DNA of 64,000 nucleotides from Candidatus Saganbacteria bacterium (GTDB lineage Bacteria; Margulisbacteria; WOR-1; XYC2-FULL-46-14; WPAF01): NCBI GenBank assembly GCA_016223205.1, contig JACRPM010000006.1, positions 209,228 to 273,227 of the forward strand, read 5' to 3'. Shown piece by piece: positions 59,541 to 64,000 of this stretch (position 1 is its first letter; each line of letters starts with the position of its first letter). The notes under the pieces were generated by a model. It saw only the letters and a program-made list of their open reading frames with translations, ran no database searches and was not told where the DNA came from. The position numbers and the translations under genes were made by a program.

Positions 59541-60212
59541 ATGATAGAAGAGTTCAAAAGGGTGGGCAGGATGCTGTTTGAGGAGGGGTTGGTCGGGTCG
59601 CATTCGGGGAACCTCTCGATAAGGCAGAACGATTTGATATTCATCACCCGCAGCGGCGCCATGCTGGGAGATCTCAAGGAAGGGGATGTGGTGGAGGTGG
59701 CGTTGCAGTCGGGCGTTGATGATAAGAATGCTTCGGTTGAACTTCCGGTGCATCGCGCCATTTACCAGGGAAGTTCAGCCCAGGCCATTGTGCATGCCCA
59801 TCCGGCCAATGGCACCGCGCTTTCCATCATCTACGAACAAAAGATCATCCCGCAAGACGCCGAAGGGCAGTTCTACTTTAAATCCGTCCCAGTGCTCAAG
59901 GTGCGCCAGGCCATCGCCTCGGATGAAGTGGTCAAGATGCTGCCGCCCATTTTTTTCGGCGGCTACACCATCGCCATGGTGCGGGGACACGGCTCTTTCG
60001 CCATCGGGGAAACCTTGGAGAAGGCCTACCAGCTCACTTCGGCTTTCGAGAACTCCTGCCGCATCACCAATATCCTAAAATCCATCCAACCGCCGCCGGC
60101 TGCTGCTCCTGTGCATCATCCGCGCCCGCATGAGCGGCGCCACACCGGCGCTATCCCTCCGGGGATCGGGGTGATGGGCCGCACCTACAACAAGCGCGAT
60201 GAGCGTCGCTGA
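59541..60212 (+). CDS. Class II aldolase/adducin-family protein (MtnB/FucA-like) with unusual low-complexity Pro/His/Arg-rich C-terminal tail overlapping relA start
   Basis: MLFEEGLVGSHSGNLSIRQNDLIFITRSGAMLGDL; metal-binding His pattern (HAHP...). Tail ...PPPAAAPVHHPRPHERRH.... Confidence 0.7.
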   Translation: MIEEFKRVGRMLFEEGLVGSHSGNLSIRQNDLIFITRSGAMLGDLKEGDVVEVALQSGVDDKNASVELPVHRAIYQGSSAQAIVHAHPANGTALSIIYEQKIIPQDAEGQFYFKSVPVLKVRQAIASDEVVKMLPPIFFGGYTIAMVRGHGSFAIGETLEKAYQLTSAFENSCRITNILKSIQPPPAAAPVHHPRPHERRHTGAIPPGIGVMGRTYNKRDERR

Positions 60213-62343
60213 ACTTGTAGAGAAAATACAAAGCTACGATCCTAAGGCCGATGCCGGCCTGCTGGAGCGGGCCTACCGTTTTGCCGAAGAAAAACACCGC
60301 GAACATAAACGCCTTTCGGGCGATCCCTTCATAACCCATCCTTTGGCCGTGGCCAAGGTGTTGGCCGACCTGGAGCAGGATGTGCCTTCGATCTGTGCCG
60401 CCTTTTTGCACGATACGGTCGAAGATGCCGAGGTGACGCTCGAGGAGATCAGCCAAAAATTCTCGCCGGAGATCAGCAAACTGGTCGAAGGCGTGACCAA
60501 ATTAAGCCAGCTGGTCTACGAATCGCGCGAAGAGCGCCAGGCCGAGAACTTCCGCAAGATGTTCGTGGCCATGGGGGAAGATCTGCGCGTCATCATCATT
60601 AAGCTGGCCGACCGCTTGCACAACATGCAGACCATAAAATACCTCCCGCCGGAAAGGATCAAATACACCTCGCTTGAGACCCGCGAGATCTTCGCGCCCC
60701 TGGCTCACCGGCTGGGCATGTGGAAATTAAAGTGGGAGCTTGAAGACCTGGCCTTTAAGAACCTGGAGCCCGAAAAACACGCCGAGATCCAGGCCCGGGT
60801 GGCCGAAAGTCGCGAGAGCCGCGAGTCCTACATCGCCACTTTTATAAAGAAGATCACCGATGTTATGGAGAAAGTGCATATCAAAGGCGAGATCTACGGC
60901 CGTCCCAAGCACCTGTATTCCATCTACCGCAAGATGGTGGACCAGAACCTGGAATTCGACGAGATCTACGATCTCACCGCGGTGCGCATCATCATCGATT
61001 CGGTGAAGGATTGCTACGCGGTCTTGGGCATTATCCACGCCACCTGGAAGCCCATCCCGGGGCGTTTCAGGGATTACATCGCGGTGCCCAAAAGCAACGG
61101 CTACCAGTCGCTCCACACCACCGTGATCGGGGAAGGGGGCCGTCCCGTCGAAGTGCAGATCAGGACGGTCGAGATGCACCGGGTGGCGGAATACGGGGTC
61201 GCGGCGCACTGGGTCTATAAGGAAGCCGAAACCGATAAGACCTTCGACCAGAAGATGGCCTGGTTGAGACAGATGCTCGAGACCCAGACCGAGCTCAAGG
61301 ACGCCAAGGATTTTATGGAAAGCCTGAAGATCGATCTTTTCACCGACGAGGTTTTTGTTTTCACCCCTAAGGGGACGGTCATCCAGCTTCCATTGGAATC
61401 GACCCCGGTCGATTTTGCCTATCACGTGCACACCGAAGTGGGCCACCGCACGGTCGGCGCCAAGATCAACGGCCGCATCGTTCCCCTGGATTACAAATTG
61501 AAGAACGGGGAGATCGTGGAGGTTATAACCGGCAAGGCCGATGACCCATCGCTGGATTGGCTGAATATCGCCAAGACCTCGCGCGCCCGGGCCAAAATCA
61601 AGGCCTGGTTCAAGCGGATGAAACGGGATGAGAGCATCGATCGCGGCAAACAGGCGCTCTCCGAAGAGTTGCGCAAACTGCGCATCCATCCGCAAGAGGC
61701 CGTAACCCCGGAGAATATCAAACTGCTGGTTGCCCAGTTCAAGTTAAAGTGCGAAGACGACCTCTGGGCGGACATCGGCTTCGGCGAGATCTCCGCTTTC
61801 GATTGCGCCAAACGCCTGCGGGAAAAATTCCCGGAAGCCCAGGTGGAAGAAGAGCAGATAAAGTCCCTGCTCACCAAGCCCAGGAAGAGGAAAATAGTCC
61901 AGGGTATCCGGGTATCGGGACAGCACGGGATACTGGTCAAGATGTCGCGCTGCTGCCGTCCCCTGCCGGGGGACTCTATTGTGGGAGTGGTGACCAGGGG
62001 AAAAGGCGTGGCCATCCACCGCAAAGATTGCGATACTTTGATCCGCACCAAGCCGGAGAAGGAACGCCTGGTCCCGGTGGAGTGGGATTTAACGGCGGAT
62101 ATTTTCTATCCGGTCGAAATTGAAGTGGAAGCTTTCGATAGAGTAGGGGTCCTGCGCGATATTTTGGATAAGATCTCCGAGACCAAGACCAATGTCTCTT
62201 CCGCCAATATCAAGACCAAGCGGGGAAGCATCGCCTTCCTCAAGCTGGTGGTGGATGTCAAGAATATCGAACAACTGCAAGTAGTAGTGGCCGCCATCCG
62301 CAAAGTGGCGGACGTATATGATGTGAAACGGGTGGGGGCCTGA
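60199..62343 (+). CDS. relA: Bifunctional (p)ppGpp synthetase/hydrolase
   Basis: HD hydrolase motif HDTVEDA, RelA/SpoT synthetase domain, TGS and ACT C-terminal domains; 714 aa. Confidence 0.9.
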   Translation: MSVAELVEKIQSYDPKADAGLLERAYRFAEEKHREHKRLSGDPFITHPLAVAKVLADLEQDVPSICAAFLHDTVEDAEVTLEEISQKFSPEISKLVEGVTKLSQLVYESREERQAENFRKMFVAMGEDLRVIIIKLADRLHNMQTIKYLPPERIKYTSLETREIFAPLAHRLGMWKLKWELEDLAFKNLEPEKHAEIQARVAESRESRESYIATFIKKITDVMEKVHIKGEIYGRPKHLYSIYRKMVDQNLEFDEIYDLTAVRIIIDSVKDCYAVLGIIHATWKPIPGRFRDYIAVPKSNGYQSLHTTVIGEGGRPVEVQIRTVEMHRVAEYGVAAHWVYKEAETDKTFDQKMAWLRQMLETQTELKDAKDFMESLKIDLFTDEVFVFTPKGTVIQLPLESTPVDFAYHVHTEVGHRTVGAKINGRIVPLDYKLKNGEIVEVITGKADDPSLDWLNIAKTSRARAKIKAWFKRMKRDESIDRGKQALSEELRKLRIHPQEAVTPENIKLLVAQFKLKCEDDLWADIGFGEISAFDCAKRLREKFPEAQVEEEQIKSLLTKPRKRKIVQGIRVSGQHGILVKMSRCCRPLPGDSIVGVVTRGKGVAIHRKDCDTLIRTKPEKERLVPVEWDLTADIFYPVEIEVEAFDRVGVLRDILDKISETKTNVSSANIKTKRGSIAFLKLVVDVKNIEQLQVVVAAIRKVADVYDVKRVGA

Positions 62344-62450
62344 TTGTCCAAGTTTCCGACACCCTGTAGCGTTTTTTGCCACTTTTCGCCCATTTTCCCC
62401 TTAAAAACCTTGGCATAGAAATTGCTGCACCCTCACTTGAGGTGATTCTA

Positions 62451-62969
62451 ATGGATAAGCTTATACCGGTGGAAAGGATCGAGAACAGAATACTATTGAT
62501 CCGCGGGCAAAAAGTGATGCTGGATAAGGATTTGGCCGATTTATATGGTGTACAAACAAGTAGGCTCAATGAAGCGGTAAAACGGAATATTAAACGATTC
62601 CCGGATGACTTCATGTTCCAATTAACGGACAAAGAAGCTAAAAACTTGATGTCGCAATTTGCGATATCAAGTTGGGGTGGTTATCGAAAATTGCCCTATG
62701 CTTTTACCGAACAAGGCATTGCCATGTTGTCTTCGGTATTAAGTAGTGACCATGCAATAGAAATGAATATCCTAATTATGCGCGCCTTTGTGAAACTTCG
62801 CCGAATTCTGACAACCCACAAGGGGCTGGCCCAGAAGATCGAAGAACTGGAAAAGAAATATTCCAAACATGAGATCGAGATATCGATTGTTTTCAAATTA
62901 TTAAAGCAATTAATGGGGACGCCGTCGACACCTGAAAAGCCGAAGAAAAGAATCGGATTTATAGTATAA
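62451..62969 (+). CDS. ORF6N-domain protein (phage Rha/antirepressor-like N-terminal domain)
   Basis: IENRILLIRGQKVMLDKDLADLYGVQTSRLNEAVKRNIKRFPDDFMFQLTDKE typical ORF6N. Start taken at MDKLIPV (ATG 62451) rather than 62376. Confidence 0.6.
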   Translation: MDKLIPVERIENRILLIRGQKVMLDKDLADLYGVQTSRLNEAVKRNIKRFPDDFMFQLTDKEAKNLMSQFAISSWGGYRKLPYAFTEQGIAMLSSVLSSDHAIEMNILIMRAFVKLRRILTTHKGLAQKIEELEKKYSKHEIEISIVFKLLKQLMGTPSTPEKPKKRIGFIV

Positions 62970-62976
62970 TTACTGC

Positions 62977-63984
62977 ATGATCAAAGAAGCTATAATTAAA
63001 CTGGCAGAGGGGAAGAACTTAACCCGCGAAGAGGCCTCGCTCACTGCCGACACCATAATGAGAGGAGAGGCGACTCCTTCCCAGATCGGAGCTCTATTGA
63101 TGGCTTTGCGGTTAAAAGGCGAGACCATCGAGGAGATCACCGGGTTTGCCGAACAGATGCGGGCCCATTCGGTCCACATTTCTCCAACTACTAAAGATCT
63201 GGTGGATACCTGCGGGACCGGAGGCGATGTTTCCCATACCTTTAATATCTCGACGGTTGCGGCAGTGGTGGCGTCGGGCGCGGGGGTTCCTATAGCTAAA
63301 CATGGTAATCGCTCGGTTTCGAGCAAGTGCGGAAGTGCGGACCTTTTGGAAGCTTTTGGAGTGAAGATCGATTTGCCGCCCGAAAAAGTCCAGGATTCGA
63401 TCGACCAGATCGGTTTCGGCTTTATGTTCGCGCCCAATTTCCATCCCGCCATGAAATACGCGGGGCCTACCCGAAAAGAGATCGGCGTGCGCACCATCTT
63501 CAACATCCTCGGCCCGCTCACCAATCCCGCCGGGGCAAAAAGACAGATCCTGGGAGTTTTCTCCGAGAAATTGACCGAGACCATGGCCAAAGTTCTTCTG
63601 AATTTAAGGTCGGAACACGCTTTGGTCGTCCACGGGATGGACGGATTGGATGAGATCTCCATTTCTGATAAAACCAAAGTATCGGAACTAAAAGACGGTA
63701 AGATCAGGAATTATTTCATCAAGCCGGAAGATTTTGGCATTAAGCGAACGTCGAAAGCAAATATCCGGGTCCAGAACTTGGAAGAGTCCAAAGTAGCGGC
63801 GCTGGATATTTTAGAACAGCATAACGAGAGCCCCAAGATGGACGTGGTCTTGCTCAATGCCGGAGCGGCCATCTATGTCGGAGGCTTGGCTAAAGACATC
63901 AAATCCGGGATCAAGCTGGCCAAAGAGGCCGTGATGTCCGGCGCGGCCCTTCGTAAACTCGGGGAGATCAAAAATGTTCATTAA
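62977..63984 (+). CDS. trpD: Anthranilate phosphoribosyltransferase
   Basis: DTCGTGGDVSHTFNISTVAAVVASGAGVPIAKHGNRSVSSKCGSADLLEA signature. Confidence 0.9.
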   Translation: MIKEAIIKLAEGKNLTREEASLTADTIMRGEATPSQIGALLMALRLKGETIEEITGFAEQMRAHSVHISPTTKDLVDTCGTGGDVSHTFNISTVAAVVASGAGVPIAKHGNRSVSSKCGSADLLEAFGVKIDLPPEKVQDSIDQIGFGFMFAPNFHPAMKYAGPTRKEIGVRTIFNILGPLTNPAGAKRQILGVFSEKLTETMAKVLLNLRSEHALVVHGMDGLDEISISDKTKVSELKDGKIRNYFIKPEDFGIKRTSKANIRVQNLEESKVAALDILEQHNESPKMDVVLLNAGAAIYVGGLAKDIKSGIKLAKEAVMSGAALRKLGEIKNVH

Positions 63985-64000
63985 GACCGATAAGTTGGTA

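Noticed and set aside
1-64000. CRISPR arrays, tRNA, rRNA
   Set aside because: No direct-repeat/spacer periodicity and no cloverleaf-like sequences found in any intergenic gap; all gaps are under 110 bp and the window is densely protein-coding.

Overview
Dense bacterial chromosomal window of about 55 % GC. Roughly 58 protein-coding genes; no rRNA, tRNA or CRISPR array was detected by eye.

Recognisable content:
- A large alpha-glucan (glycogen) metabolism supercluster: glgP-like phosphorylase, three GH57 enzymes including a GH57 branching enzyme, a GalT-like uridylyltransferase, a bifunctional sugar-1-P nucleotidyltransferase/phosphohexomutase and glgA.
- Housekeeping genes: polA, rpsB-tsf, dxs, fhs, folE, hisF, ispA-like, relA/spoT, trpD, proC, sepF, yggS, yggT, rlmN, ogt, yebC.
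- A two-component system, a HepT/MntA toxin-antitoxin pair, a tandem-fused ThyX, and a Cas4-like PD-(D/E)XK nuclease.

Most unusual items:
1. A tightly coupled 4-gene operon at the window start: an acidic protein, two small Gly-rich paralogs sharing an AAGDHDSD motif, and a 1990-aa poly-Pro / transmembrane-hairpin / coiled-coil giant protein.
2. STRR-like imperfect tandem heptanucleotide repeats (about 5 x 7 bp, GAAMAYR units followed by GG/GGG) embedded sense-strand and in-frame in three unrelated genes: the giant protein, thyX and dxs.
3. A signal-peptide beta-barrel protein with three C-terminal SLH domains, immediately followed by a 1375-aa propeller-repeat/FN3 protein ending in a FlgD-Ig / T9SS-CTD-like sorting domain.
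4. Two tandem uncharacterised paralogs embedded in the glycogen cluster.

All calls are from reading ORF translations and DNA by eye; no database searches were run.
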